A DNA stretch of 64,000 bases from Candidatus Woesearchaeota archaeon (GTDB lineage Archaea; Nanobdellota; Nanobdellia; Woesearchaeales; GW2011-AR15), in NCBI GenBank assembly GCA_016928835.1, contig JAFGJW010000005.1:37815-101814 (forward strand), given 5' to 3'. The notes below the pieces were generated by a model. The model worked only from the letters and a program-made list of their open reading frames with translations, did not search any database and was not told the DNA's origin. The translations under genes and the position numbers were made by a program. The number at the start of each line of letters is the position of its first letter. Position 1 is the stretch's first letter. This document shows positions 28,035 through 38,071 of this stretch, piece by piece.

Positions 28035-31000
28035 TGTTACAAGCAGAGCAATAACAAGGATGATTTTCCTAATTATAGTAGTGGTAGCAATATCATTTGT
28101 TGCTTCAGAAAACATAACGCTTGAAAATGTGACTTTCGAAGATGAAAATGGTTTGTATGGAGAGATAGAATATGTACAATCAGAGGATCTTTTTAATATC
28201 TCTTATGAGAGTGAATACATTGATATTGATGAATTGCTTAATGAGTCACTTAATGAACCATTACCAAATAATACTCTGAAACTTGGGCTTAGTTCTGAGG
28301 TTGAAAACCTTAAGAACACATTTAGTGAATATGAATTTGCAGAGCAAGGAACAAAAATAATTGTTGCTCATGATGAATCCAAAGCAGTATTTAATGGTCT
28401 GGAGCCAGAGGAAATTACAGATATTAAAATGATCCATGATGCAGAGATGGCAGCAGACATATTTGCCATTAACTCTGTTGAAGTTGAGCAGGCAGTGATT
28501 TCACTTAGAAAAAATAGGGATATAGATAATATAATGTATTGCGATGATTTTGACTTTGAGACTGGTGAATGTACATGGTTATTCACAAACCTGGAATTTG
28601 AACAGAATGGTACTCATGTATGGTTTACTGCTACGCATTTCAGCGCCTATACTGGCTGGAGCAATGATACAAACACAAGCAACAGTACTTATGCTGCTGC
28701 CATGCTGATCTGGGACAGTACAGACAATGATTTGCCTTATGCTAATAAGACAATATACCCTACAAACACCACAGAGTTCTTTGCAAATTATTCAGTGAAT
28801 GAAACTAGGGCAGGTGCAGACTGTCGCATAACATTTGATAGTCTCCAAGCAGCAATGCAGTACAATATGGAGTATTCTATTTATTATTACAACAGGACAT
28901 TTGATAGTCCTGGGACATATGCATATACTGTCAACTGCTACAACGGAAGCTATGACAACCTGACAGCAGCAGATAATGTCATTATAAGCAGCTATTCTTC
29001 ACCTCAGTCAAATACTACTAATTCATCAGATACAGATTATGATGGAGACGGCTACAATGCAAGCATTGACTGCGATGATCTAAACCCAAATGTCAATCCT
29101 GGAATGCAGGAAATCCCATATAATATGATTGATGATGACTGCAATATATCAACGCCAGATTACCTTGTACTTGAACTGGTTGCTAGTAAGCAGACCTATT
29201 CTTTGGGAGAGATCAGCTATATCACAATTGACGCACATTACGGGTCAGATGTGTATATCACAGTAAATACTCCTATTAATATATCCTATATCTACATCTT
29301 TTCAAACAAATCATACCCCATTACACAGGAATTTGTATTCACAAACAGGTCTGGCACATATTCTGTTGAGAGCATTTTGTATTACACCAATTACACACTC
29401 ACAAAAACACTTGATTTCAATGTTGAAAATAGCATTCAAGCCCAGATTTCTGTTAACCAATCTGTTATCTATGTAAATGATAGAGTAACACTATCAGCAT
29501 CAGCTTCAGGAGGCCTTGGAAGCCTGACATACGAGTGGAATCTTGATGACGGTACTACGAGCACTCAGCAAACCCTGGGCCATACATACACACAACCAGG
29601 GACATATAATATTGTACTTATTGTTAAGGACCTGGAAAATAATCAAGTTGTTGTAACCAAGCAGCTTATTGTTTTAAGGAAATATAGCGTAAAAATAACG
29701 GTTGTAGACAACTGCACGAATCATACGCTGGATGATGCAAGAGTTAAGCTTGATGACGAGAAAAAATACACAGAGAATGGAGCTGTTGAATTTATTGCTA
29801 CCAACAAAACCTATAGCCTAAGGATATCTAAATCAGAGTATGAAGACTATGAAGATACAATAACAATCGACTCTGACACATATTTTACCATTGGTCTTAA
29901 GAGTGAAAATGATTTGGACGTGATTCTGCTTGCTCCAATTAATAACTCTGAGATTACTTCAAATGCACAATTCAAATTCACAGCTACAGCTTATGCAAAC
30001 TGTACCCTGTACACTTCTGAGGATAATTCATGGTGGACGTCACAGAAAAGTATTGCAGCAGCACCTGGTGAAGAAATTGGGATAGGTGCAAATGATCTTT
30101 CAAGTGCGCTTGAAAAAGGCGTATATTACTGGAAAATAGAGTGCGAGAACATTGATTCTGTATTTAGCGAGACCTGGAGATTTAAGCTCACAGATATAAT
30201 AGTTGATAGTGATAATGAGGAGGGGGACGAAAATCCGAAGATATTTACCTCTGCGGGAGAGGAAATGGAAGAGAACGAGACATTTAATGTGGTCCAGGAA
30301 GTCTATAACCTCTTGCCTGATTTTGACAAGTTCACTCCTGAGCAGAAAAGGGTTGCGGAAATATTAGTGCTTGAATCCAAACTAAAAGAGTCAAAGAAAA
30401 AACTTGATATGGCAAACAGAGACCTCTTTAATCTGAGGTATAAGACAGACTCAGCTGATATTATTGAGACTAGGGATGAAATACTTGTAAGGATAGAGAC
30501 AATAAAAGATGAGACTCCTATCTCAGTCAGAGTTGAGAAGAATGTGCAGTTTATTAAGTATATAGAGGATGATGATGCTGAGGAATTGCTGAAAAGATAC
30601 TCAGATATTAAGCATCTGGAAGCGAGCAGGAGTTACATAGAGCAAAATAAGATGCTGCAGAAAAAAATCACTATATCAACAGAAGCATATAATGTTGAGC
30701 TTGAATATTTGTCCAAACGGGTGGAGAAGTTTACCATAGTAAGCAAGAGCATTGAGCTCGGCTCAGAAACAAACACATTAAGACTTGTTGAATTCCTACC
30801 AAAAGACATTGTTCAATCTGCTGATGATATAATACTGCTTACTGGAGAAGCTTTAGTCATAGAGAAAGATCCAATTCTAGAGCTCGACCTAAATACAGGT
30901 GTGAGAGAGCTTTCCTACAAATTAAGCAATCAAATCAACCTTGACATAATACCAAAAATCAAATCATTAGTTGTTGCTCTTGATGTTGATGAATCCCAAA

Positions 31001-31518
31001 ACAGGATTACTGGTTTGGCTGTGCTTGACAAAATAGGAGTATCATCAAAAAACAAATTCATTTTTGTTATTGAGATTGTTGTCATTGTTGTCTTGTTAGT
31101 AGTCTATATGAAGAATACAAAAAAGCTTAGTAATGAAGATTTTGAGCAGGTGCCAAGCACATTTGCAGAAATGCAAAAAATCCTGAGTGATGCAGAAGTA
31201 CTATTAACCCAAAATAAAGTCGAGGAGGCAGCAATGAAGTATGAAGAGTCAAAATTAATGTTTAATGCACTCGAAGATAGACAGAAAGAGCAGCTGTATC
31301 CTGAAATAACAGAGTTATGTAATAAGACCAACTATCACTATCTCTTGAAGCTAATCGAGGATATATATTCTCATCTGGCAACAAAGGATCATGAGAGAGT
31401 AATAGAACTCTATAATGAGCTGAATCAGGAATACCAACAGCTCCCTGAAAATTATAAAGAAACGATTTACCCCAAATGTTTAGAATTGGCATCAATACTT
31501 GGAGACAATGAAAAATAA
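28024..31518 (+). CDS. Large membrane-anchored surface protein (MopE-like Cys motif, PKD, Ig-like) with cytoplasmic helical tail
   Basis: Signal peptide, THFSAY, DYDGDG..DCDD.NP.VNPG..EI.YN.IDDDC, PKD (YEWNLDDG..HTYTQPGTYNIVL), TM at about aa 1013-1028, then about 135-aa helical repeat tail. Confidence 0.8.
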   Translation: MRYSVTSRAITRMIFLIIVVVAISFVASENITLENVTFEDENGLYGEIEYVQSEDLFNISYESEYIDIDELLNESLNEPLPNNTLKLGLSSEVENLKNTFSEYEFAEQGTKIIVAHDESKAVFNGLEPEEITDIKMIHDAEMAADIFAINSVEVEQAVISLRKNRDIDNIMYCDDFDFETGECTWLFTNLEFEQNGTHVWFTATHFSAYTGWSNDTNTSNSTYAAAMLIWDSTDNDLPYANKTIYPTNTTEFFANYSVNETRAGADCRITFDSLQAAMQYNMEYSIYYYNRTFDSPGTYAYTVNCYNGSYDNLTAADNVIISSYSSPQSNTTNSSDTDYDGDGYNASIDCDDLNPNVNPGMQEIPYNMIDDDCNISTPDYLVLELVASKQTYSLGEISYITIDAHYGSDVYITVNTPINISYIYIFSNKSYPITQEFVFTNRSGTYSVESILYYTNYTLTKTLDFNVENSIQAQISVNQSVIYVNDRVTLSASASGGLGSLTYEWNLDDGTTSTQQTLGHTYTQPGTYNIVLIVKDLENNQVVVTKQLIVLRKYSVKITVVDNCTNHTLDDARVKLDDEKKYTENGAVEFIATNKTYSLRISKSEYEDYEDTITIDSDTYFTIGLKSENDLDVILLAPINNSEITSNAQFKFTATAYANCTLYTSEDNSWWTSQKSIAAAPGEEIGIGANDLSSALEKGVYYWKIECENIDSVFSETWRFKLTDIIVDSDNEEGDENPKIFTSAGEEMEENETFNVVQEVYNLLPDFDKFTPEQKRVAEILVLESKLKESKKKLDMANRDLFNLRYKTDSADIIETRDEILVRIETIKDETPISVRVEKNVQFIKYIEDDDAEELLKRYSDIKHLEASRSYIEQNKMLQKKITISTEAYNVELEYLSKRVEKFTIVSKSIELGSETNTLRLVEFLPKDIVQSADDIILLTGEALVIEKDPILELDLNTGVRELSYKLSNQINLDIIPKIKSLVVALDVDESQNRITGLAVLDKIGVSSKNKFIFVIEIVVIVVLLVVYMKNTKKLSNEDFEQVPSTFAEMQKILSDAEVLLTQNKVEEAAMKYEESKLMFNALEDRQKEQLYPEITELCNKTNYHYLLKLIEDIYSHLATKDHERVIELYNELNQEYQQLPENYKETIYPKCLELASILGDNEK

Positions 31519-34500
31519 TATAGATAATCTGCTGAAAAATACTTTTGTAGCCTTGCTTATTGTACTGTCTATACTCTCCTTATTAATTGTCCAGGATTAT
31601 GTTGCATACGTAGGTTACCATGAAGCAGAAGCAGGCCAGATAACAGAGCTAATAGTTGAAGAGATATCGCCTGCTTGGTACTGGAACGGGATATATGGAA
31701 TAATTATCATGGCGCCTTCGATTAACAGCACCTGGTATGTAGAGGCTTCAAATGCAGGCATGGACAATCTTAACCCTATAGTGCAGTGCCTTGAACCTGG
31801 GATAGAGCATGAAGTCTACGCTTCTTTGGTAAATTCAGCAAACATAAGCTGGAATACTATAACAAATGCTTCGCCAGAGATGGTTGATACGTGGCTTGGT
31901 ATTCCTCTTAATCACAGCACTTCAGCAGTAAATACCTTTACTGAGACAATTACAGTTGAAGTTGGCAACAATACTATCTCAAATGTTCCTGCTGTTTATA
32001 CCTATCAGTCAACAAACTGGTCCAGCACTGTCTTTGCTCATGGACTCCTTTGGGATGGGACTAATATAATAATAGTCTCAAAAGTCACAGAGGGATATCC
32101 TACAGGATTTAATAATAATCCACTTAATTACCAGATGTTTGTTCCTGTCCAGATAAACACTACCCCTATTTATTATATCTTTTCTGATCCCAGTGATGTC
32201 TGCCCAGCAGGTGAAGGAGAGTCGGTAGAGAAGGGAACTGTATATGGCTGGGTTACTGATAATGCAACTGGTGTGCCGCTGGAAAATGTAATGGTCTTCT
32301 TAGGCAGGGATTATGATGTTACCGATCAATATGGATATTATAATGTCTCAGAGATGGCTGGTGACTATAAGATAGTTGCCATTAAGATGGGTTACAACAA
32401 CTATGTTGGCAATGTGACTGTAATAGAAAACAATTATACAAACCATAACATATCAATGGTCCAGTATCAAGAGCCGCTAACAGGCACCGGGCCGGGAGTT
32501 GGTACAGGTGTAGGGCCTGGACAGACAAGAAAGACTGGTGAGGGCCCAGGCATTGGGCCAGGCATTGGACCTAGCATTGGTCCTTACCTAGAGAAGCCTG
32601 AGCAGATGGGTATAGACCATTTTGTCTCGCTTGACAGGCTGTATAAAAAAATAAGGCTTGGCAACTTCTTTATTGAACACCTTCTGATATACAGCTTCAG
32701 AGCAGAGCCGGCAAGGGTGAATGTGGATATCACTGGAAATGTGACAGAGATTTTGGAGATAGATAAAACACAGTTTGTTATTGAACAGAACCAATATGAT
32801 AATGTTACTATTACGGTTTTTGGTAGCAAAATAGGGACCTTCACCGGAAAGATACAAGTGTCAGGGGATTTTAATGACTCGCTGCCTGTTGAGATCATTG
32901 TAACAGACGAGGACAAACTGCCTGTTGAAGCTCTCCTAATGCAGCTTGAAGTTTTGTCAAGCAGACCTTATGCAGGTGATAAGTTCAAGTTCAGAATGAA
33001 TCTCCATAACTTACTAGTGGAAGAGAAATATAATGTCTCATTGCATTATTACATAAGAGGAGTTGAGTCATCGACTGCTAATAATACACTTTACCTTGGA
33101 AATGATACCGTGGAGCTGCTCACAGCAACTTCTTTGATTAAAGAGGTTGAACTGCCAGAAGACTGGGAAAAAGGGGATTATTTCTTAATCGTAGAAGCAT
33201 ACTATCTTGATTTGTATTCACAGGCATCTACAGTATTCACAATATTTGAACCAATCTACATGTATTCTGTGTTTGGTATAATGCCCTTGTGGAAGCTGCT
33301 CTTGATTTTGCTTGGACTTACTTTACTAATATTAACGGTTATCATAGTCCGGACACGCATGGAAGCAAAAAAGAGATTCCATGCAAAAGTTGAATACAAC
33401 CTGCTTCCAAAAAAAGGTCCAAGATCGATTTATATTGGAAAGATAGCAGAGACTGAAAGAGATACATTCTTCGACATGGACAAGCTTACCGTGCACACAA
33501 TAGTAGCAGGTTCGACTGGAGGCGGTAAAACTATCTCAGCTCAAGTAATAGTGGAGGAATGTTTGATGAGGGATGTGTCAGTTGTTGTGTTTGATCCAAC
33601 AGCACAATGGACCGGCATGTTAAGAAAATGCTCAGATGAGAAGATGATGTCGTTCTATGCCAGATTTCACCTGACAAAAAAAGATTCCAGAGCTTTTAAT
33701 GGGAACATAAGAGCAATTAAGAATCCGAGAGAAAGGATTGATTTGATGAAATATTGGAAGCCTGGAGAAATACATGTTTTCACGTTGAGCACACTTGACC
33801 CTAAGGATATCGATATCTTTGTCGCAAATACTGTTAGAGAGGTCTTCCATTCAAACCTTCAGGAATTCCGTGGGTTAAGAATGCTCATGGTTTATGACGA
33901 GGTCCATAGATTGCTCCCAAAATTCGGAGGTTCTGGAGAGGGCTTTATCCAGATAGAGAGAGCATGCAGGGAATTTAGAAAATGGGGTATAGGTGTACTG
34001 CTTGTGTCCCAGGTACTCGCAGATTTCGTTGGTCAGATTAAGGCAAATATAAACACAGAAGTACAGATGAAGACAAGAGATGAGGGTGATCTTAAGAGGA
34101 TAGAAACCAAGTATGGTAAGGCTTATATCCAGGAACTGGTTAAGGCGCCAGTCGGCTCTGGCATGGTGCAAAACTCTGCCTGGAACAGAGGCAAGCCGTA
34201 TTATGTTACCTTTAGACCTATCCTCCATAGTGTGAAAAGACTTGGTGATGAAGAACTTGACAAATACAACAAGTACAATAATATGGTCGATGATATTGAT
34301 TATCAGCTTGAGCAACTTGAACAGGAAGGTGTTGATATTTTTGACCTTAAGCTTGAACTTAAGCTGGCACGAGATAAGATAAAATCTGGCAACTTCAACA
34401 TGGTTGATATATACCTTGAAGGATTAAAACCAAGAGTTGAGAAGCACTGGCAGACTCTTGGCAAAAAACCTCAAAAGAGAGAGGTTGAATTAATATCAGA

Positions 34501-35467
34501 GCAGGAACTTAGAGAATCCTTGCAGGCTGCAAAACAATCAAGAGAGCAATTTGAGAAAGCAAGTGATGAAGGCGCAGATGTTAAGGAAAAGAAAAAGGAA
34601 GGGCCTCTTGGCTTTAACCAGGATGTTGCCCCTGACAAAATCTTGAAGCTGTCTAATGGTATGCTTGTCATTAATATGAAAAGCCTCTATGATGAGATAG
34701 CGGCAATGAAAAAAGAGGATTTTGAGCAGCATGTGAGCCAGGAAAAAAATGATTTTTCTGACTGGATACGAAATGCTATAAAAAACATAAAGCTTGCTGA
34801 TGTTGCAGACCAGATTATTACAAAGGAAGACTATTTGAGCTTTCTTGAACTTGCAGAGAAGGGAAAAGAGAAGGAATTCAAAATCACAACTCCGAGAGAA
34901 AAACCTTTGGCTAAAAAAGAGCAGCCTAAAGTTGAGCAGCCAGCACAGGAGAGACCAAAACAGGAGCAGCCAGAGCAGGCACAGGAAAAAGAAAAACCTG
35001 AAAAAGCAGCTGAAGAACAGGTACAGAAACAGACTGAGCCTGCTCCTGCTGTTCAGGAGGCACCTGAAAAAAGAGAAGCTGAACAAAAAGAGCAGCTTCA
35101 ACCACAAACCACTGGGCAGCCGGCAGCTATTGGACAGGGAGAACAGGCATCAGCTGGAGCTCTTGGTTTCAATGATGATGTTGCTCCAGAAAAATTCCTT
35201 TTGCTTTCCAACGGCATGCTTGTAGTGAGCCTCAAGAGCCTTAGTGATGAGATAAATAATATGAGTGATGATGATTTCGCACAGCATGTTAATGACCAAA
35301 AAAATGAATTCGCCGACTGGATAAAAGATGCAACAAACAATGCAAAACTGGCAAAAATAGCAGGAGAGGTTAAAACAAAAAATGAATTTGCCAGGCTGCT
35401 TTCACTAGCTGGGCAGAATAAAGAAGATGAGTTTAAAAAAGAGGAGGCAATTGAAAAACAGAATTAG
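31508..35467 (+). CDS. Single-pass membrane protein: extracellular beta-rich domains fused to a cytoplasmic HerA/VirB4-like (DUF87-type) ATPase and two DUF5752-like repeats
   Basis: Signal/anchor, extracellular domain, carboxypeptidase-regulatory-like domain, GPG linker, Ig-like domains, TM near 33280-33350. Walker A GSTGGGKT (33509-33532), FDPT, Walker B YDEVHR, RKWG..SQ. GGAG RBS before ATG 31508. Confidence 0.85.
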   Translation: MKNNIDNLLKNTFVALLIVLSILSLLIVQDYVAYVGYHEAEAGQITELIVEEISPAWYWNGIYGIIIMAPSINSTWYVEASNAGMDNLNPIVQCLEPGIEHEVYASLVNSANISWNTITNASPEMVDTWLGIPLNHSTSAVNTFTETITVEVGNNTISNVPAVYTYQSTNWSSTVFAHGLLWDGTNIIIVSKVTEGYPTGFNNNPLNYQMFVPVQINTTPIYYIFSDPSDVCPAGEGESVEKGTVYGWVTDNATGVPLENVMVFLGRDYDVTDQYGYYNVSEMAGDYKIVAIKMGYNNYVGNVTVIENNYTNHNISMVQYQEPLTGTGPGVGTGVGPGQTRKTGEGPGIGPGIGPSIGPYLEKPEQMGIDHFVSLDRLYKKIRLGNFFIEHLLIYSFRAEPARVNVDITGNVTEILEIDKTQFVIEQNQYDNVTITVFGSKIGTFTGKIQVSGDFNDSLPVEIIVTDEDKLPVEALLMQLEVLSSRPYAGDKFKFRMNLHNLLVEEKYNVSLHYYIRGVESSTANNTLYLGNDTVELLTATSLIKEVELPEDWEKGDYFLIVEAYYLDLYSQASTVFTIFEPIYMYSVFGIMPLWKLLLILLGLTLLILTVIIVRTRMEAKKRFHAKVEYNLLPKKGPRSIYIGKIAETERDTFFDMDKLTVHTIVAGSTGGGKTISAQVIVEECLMRDVSVVVFDPTAQWTGMLRKCSDEKMMSFYARFHLTKKDSRAFNGNIRAIKNPRERIDLMKYWKPGEIHVFTLSTLDPKDIDIFVANTVREVFHSNLQEFRGLRMLMVYDEVHRLLPKFGGSGEGFIQIERACREFRKWGIGVLLVSQVLADFVGQIKANINTEVQMKTRDEGDLKRIETKYGKAYIQELVKAPVGSGMVQNSAWNRGKPYYVTFRPILHSVKRLGDEELDKYNKYNNMVDDIDYQLEQLEQEGVDIFDLKLELKLARDKIKSGNFNMVDIYLEGLKPRVEKHWQTLGKKPQKREVELISEQELRESLQAAKQSREQFEKASDEGADVKEKKKEGPLGFNQDVAPDKILKLSNGMLVINMKSLYDEIAAMKKEDFEQHVSQEKNDFSDWIRNAIKNIKLADVADQIITKEDYLSFLELAEKGKEKEFKITTPREKPLAKKEQPKVEQPAQERPKQEQPEQAQEKEKPEKAAEEQVQKQTEPAPAVQEAPEKREAEQKEQLQPQTTGQPAAIGQGEQASAGALGFNDDVAPEKFLLLSNGMLVVSLKSLSDEINNMSDDDFAQHVNDQKNEFADWIKDATNNAKLAKIAGEVKTKNEFARLLSLAGQNKEDEFKKEEAIEKQN

Positions 35468-35487
35468 CAGATAATTACAAAATCAAA

Positions 35488-35715
35488 ATGTTTGAAAGAT
35501 ATATGGAGATATGCACAAAGAGGAGGACTCACCTTATCAATGTACTTGAGGGCAATACCCAAGAAATTGATCCATGCACTCAGCACAAATTATACGGTGC
35601 AATAAATGAGATTGGGTTCATTATTGATGCACTTCACTATTATGAAGAAAAAAACTCAAATAATGGTAAAGAACATGGTATTAAGGAAGAGCAGGTAGAC
35701 AATGGCACAAACTGA
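35488..35715 (+). CDS. Hypothetical small protein
   Basis: 75-aa ATG ORF in the operon, overlapping the next gene. QHKLYGAINEI motif. Confidence 0.6.
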   Translation: MFERYMEICTKRRTHLINVLEGNTQEIDPCTQHKLYGAINEIGFIIDALHYYEEKNSNNGKEHGIKEEQVDNGTN

Positions 35716-36607
35716 TTCAAATACAAGCATTAAGGAGATTGGTGTGGATAAATACTTTCGCTTCCAAGATGGGCAGATTGCGAAAAATCCAGTTGAATTG
35801 CTCCATATACTACCTAATTTAAACCCGTCAGTATTTGACTTCCACTTGAATCAAAATAAGAATGATTTTGCAAACTGGGTTGAGGATGTCTTTAATAATC
35901 ATGGGCTTGGCAAGGAAATGCGTTCTGTTACATCTAAACCTGAATTGATTGCAGTGTTAGGTAAGTATTTCGACAAAAAAGAAGAAGAAGTGCCGGAGCA
36001 GCCGCAACAGGAAATAGAAAAAAAAGCAACAGAACAACATGATAAGATAGAAAATAATAATGCAGCATATGAGAGCCCTGAGACAAATAATCCTGCAAAA
36101 GAGGACATACAAGTAAAATCTGCGGACTCTGTTGGACAACCTGGGCCAGAAACAGTGGATAATACTGATAATAGTAATACAAGTAATGAACAAACTTCAG
36201 AAGTTCCTCCAGTTAAGGAAAATACTGCGAAATCAGCACCAAAGCTTGATATAAACAGAATTGACAAGATAAAAGAATCAATCCACTATCCGCCAATTGA
36301 GAAAGCGAGTTATGAGCAGGTTCTGTCTCCTGACAGCCTTGCTAAAATGTATGAAGACACCCACTCAAAACTATATTCCCGTTGCAGTGAATTAAGGAAA
36401 AGCGGGAAAGATACTAGACTTGCAGAACTAATGCTTATGAGGATTAAACCAAGGATCAAACTTTTCCGGGCAACACTTGGCAAAAAGGATTCACACTATG
36501 TGGAACAGCTCATAGAGGACGCAAGAGAAGAAATCAATCATATTAACTCATTAGATGAAAATACTCCCAAAGAGCAAAATGCAGAACCAACAAAAGAAGA
36601 AATGTAA
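35702..36607 (+). CDS. DUF5752-like domain protein with acidic linker and helical C-domain
   Basis: N-terminal YFRFQDGQ..KN..EL...FDFHLNQNKNDFANWVEDVF, homologous to the two repeats in the upstream ATPase. Confidence 0.75.
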   Translation: MAQTDSNTSIKEIGVDKYFRFQDGQIAKNPVELLHILPNLNPSVFDFHLNQNKNDFANWVEDVFNNHGLGKEMRSVTSKPELIAVLGKYFDKKEEEVPEQPQQEIEKKATEQHDKIENNNAAYESPETNNPAKEDIQVKSADSVGQPGPETVDNTDNSNTSNEQTSEVPPVKENTAKSAPKLDINRIDKIKESIHYPPIEKASYEQVLSPDSLAKMYEDTHSKLYSRCSELRKSGKDTRLAELMLMRIKPRIKLFRATLGKKDSHYVEQLIEDAREEINHINSLDENTPKEQNAEPTKEEM

Positions 36608-36653
36608 AGTTTTATAAAAATAGAGGAAATAACAAAATAAAAAGAGGTGTAGT

Positions 36654-37922
36654 ATGGGGCTTTTTAAAAAATACAAGCGGATAGAAGATCAGGAGCAGGA
36701 AGAGGCTATCCAAAGCGACCCTGAGCATAAAAAAGAAGATGCCCCAGCAAAGCCAGATGCAAACCTAGCTACTTCTAGATTATCTGCTGAATTTACTAGG
36801 CTCAAAGCCCAATTTGAACAATTCTCTGAGCTAAGGAAGGTAATTAATGAGAGATTCACCAGGATAAACGAGCAGGTTGGTGAGCTTAGAGGGATGATAA
36901 TGGATACCAATAGGGGCATCCAGGACATGGAAGTAAAGACTGTGAAGGCAGTTGACCTTGTTGAAGCAGTCCAGCCTGATAAGTTAATGGTGGAAGTAAG
37001 AAAGCAGGATGCTAAAATAGAGGCATTGAAGGCAAACCTTGAAAGCAACGAGGCTATGATGAAATCCATCCTGGATCAGTTGAAGGAACTGAGACATCAA
37101 ATTACTGTTTTTCGCGGGCTTGATGAAGTTATTAAGCTAAATGAAGAAGTAAAAAAGGAACTATTCAATATTAAGAAGGTACAGGCTACAGTTGAAAGAC
37201 ACTCGGACAAGATTGAGGGAATCTTTGTTGAGTCGCAGAAACGTTTTCAGGAATTTGAAAAGATTTCTGACCGGATAAAGGAGACAGAAAAGCAGCTCAA
37301 GACAGTCTCTCAACAAAGTGATCAAAACAAAGTGAAAATACCTTCTTTGGCTACCAAAAAAGAGGTTGAAAATCTAATCACCAAACTAAATGATTTTGAG
37401 AAACATGTTGGCAATGTCATCGACCTTCTGACAAGAAGAGCAAATGAGCTGCCAAAAGAAGTTAATGAAAGATTTGCCAAACTTGAACAAAGCTTGAACA
37501 ATGTCTTCCAGAATAAATTACGAAAAGCAGACAAAACCAATAGGATACTTGATACTATTGAGAAGCGCGCTCCAAAGATTGCAGCAGAACTGCGGCTGTC
37601 AGAAGTATTAGATAAACAGCAACAGACAGCAGAGCAACAAGTTGAGCCTAAAAAAGAAAAACCAGCTGCCAAGTCACCAGAGCAAGTGCCTGTAAAAACA
37701 GCATCTTCAGAACCAGCATTAGTTGGAAAGGAGGGAGGAACTTCACAAGAGGCTGCAACAGGAATCTCCTCAGGTGAGCCAACAAAAGAGATAAAACCCG
37801 AAGAAGCAAAAGAGAAAAAAGGAATCTTTGGCAAAATTTTCAGCAAACAGAATAATAATAAGCCTAAAGACCAAACTAAAGAAACACAAGATCAATCTGA
37901 GAAACCTGAGCAAGCGGAATAG
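36654..37922 (+). CDS. Long coiled-coil protein with possible amphipathic ends
   Basis: Heptad pattern over about 260 aa. MGLFKK N-terminus and KKGIFGKIFSK near the C-terminus. GAGGTG RBS. Confidence 0.75.
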   Translation: MGLFKKYKRIEDQEQEEAIQSDPEHKKEDAPAKPDANLATSRLSAEFTRLKAQFEQFSELRKVINERFTRINEQVGELRGMIMDTNRGIQDMEVKTVKAVDLVEAVQPDKLMVEVRKQDAKIEALKANLESNEAMMKSILDQLKELRHQITVFRGLDEVIKLNEEVKKELFNIKKVQATVERHSDKIEGIFVESQKRFQEFEKISDRIKETEKQLKTVSQQSDQNKVKIPSLATKKEVENLITKLNDFEKHVGNVIDLLTRRANELPKEVNERFAKLEQSLNNVFQNKLRKADKTNRILDTIEKRAPKIAAELRLSEVLDKQQQTAEQQVEPKKEKPAAKSPEQVPVKTASSEPALVGKEGGTSQEAATGISSGEPTKEIKPEEAKEKKGIFGKIFSKQNNNKPKDQTKETQDQSEKPEQAE

Positions 37923-38071
37923 ACTAATCCAATTTTTACTTCTCCGATCCTTATATTTTTCCTGATAGATTATTTCTCCTATATCAATTATAACATATTT
38001 ATCCAATATAATTGTTTATTATCCTGTTATGATAGCAAAGTTCTTAAATATATCTGTTCACGGATTATTTT

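Noticed and set aside
34538-35107. 189-aa Leu/Phe-rich minus-strand ORF that looks membrane-like
   Set aside because: Antisense of the Glu/Lys/Gln-rich ATPase linker, which automatically produces hydrophobic codons.
31508-35467. Canonical HerA of the HerA-NurA repair system or a HerA anti-phage system
   Set aside because: No HAS-barrel N-terminus, no nurA/mre11/rad50 or Sir2/nuclease neighbour, and it has an ectodomain and TM.
37322-37846. 174-aa minus-strand ORF
   Set aside because: Shadow of the coiled-coil gene.
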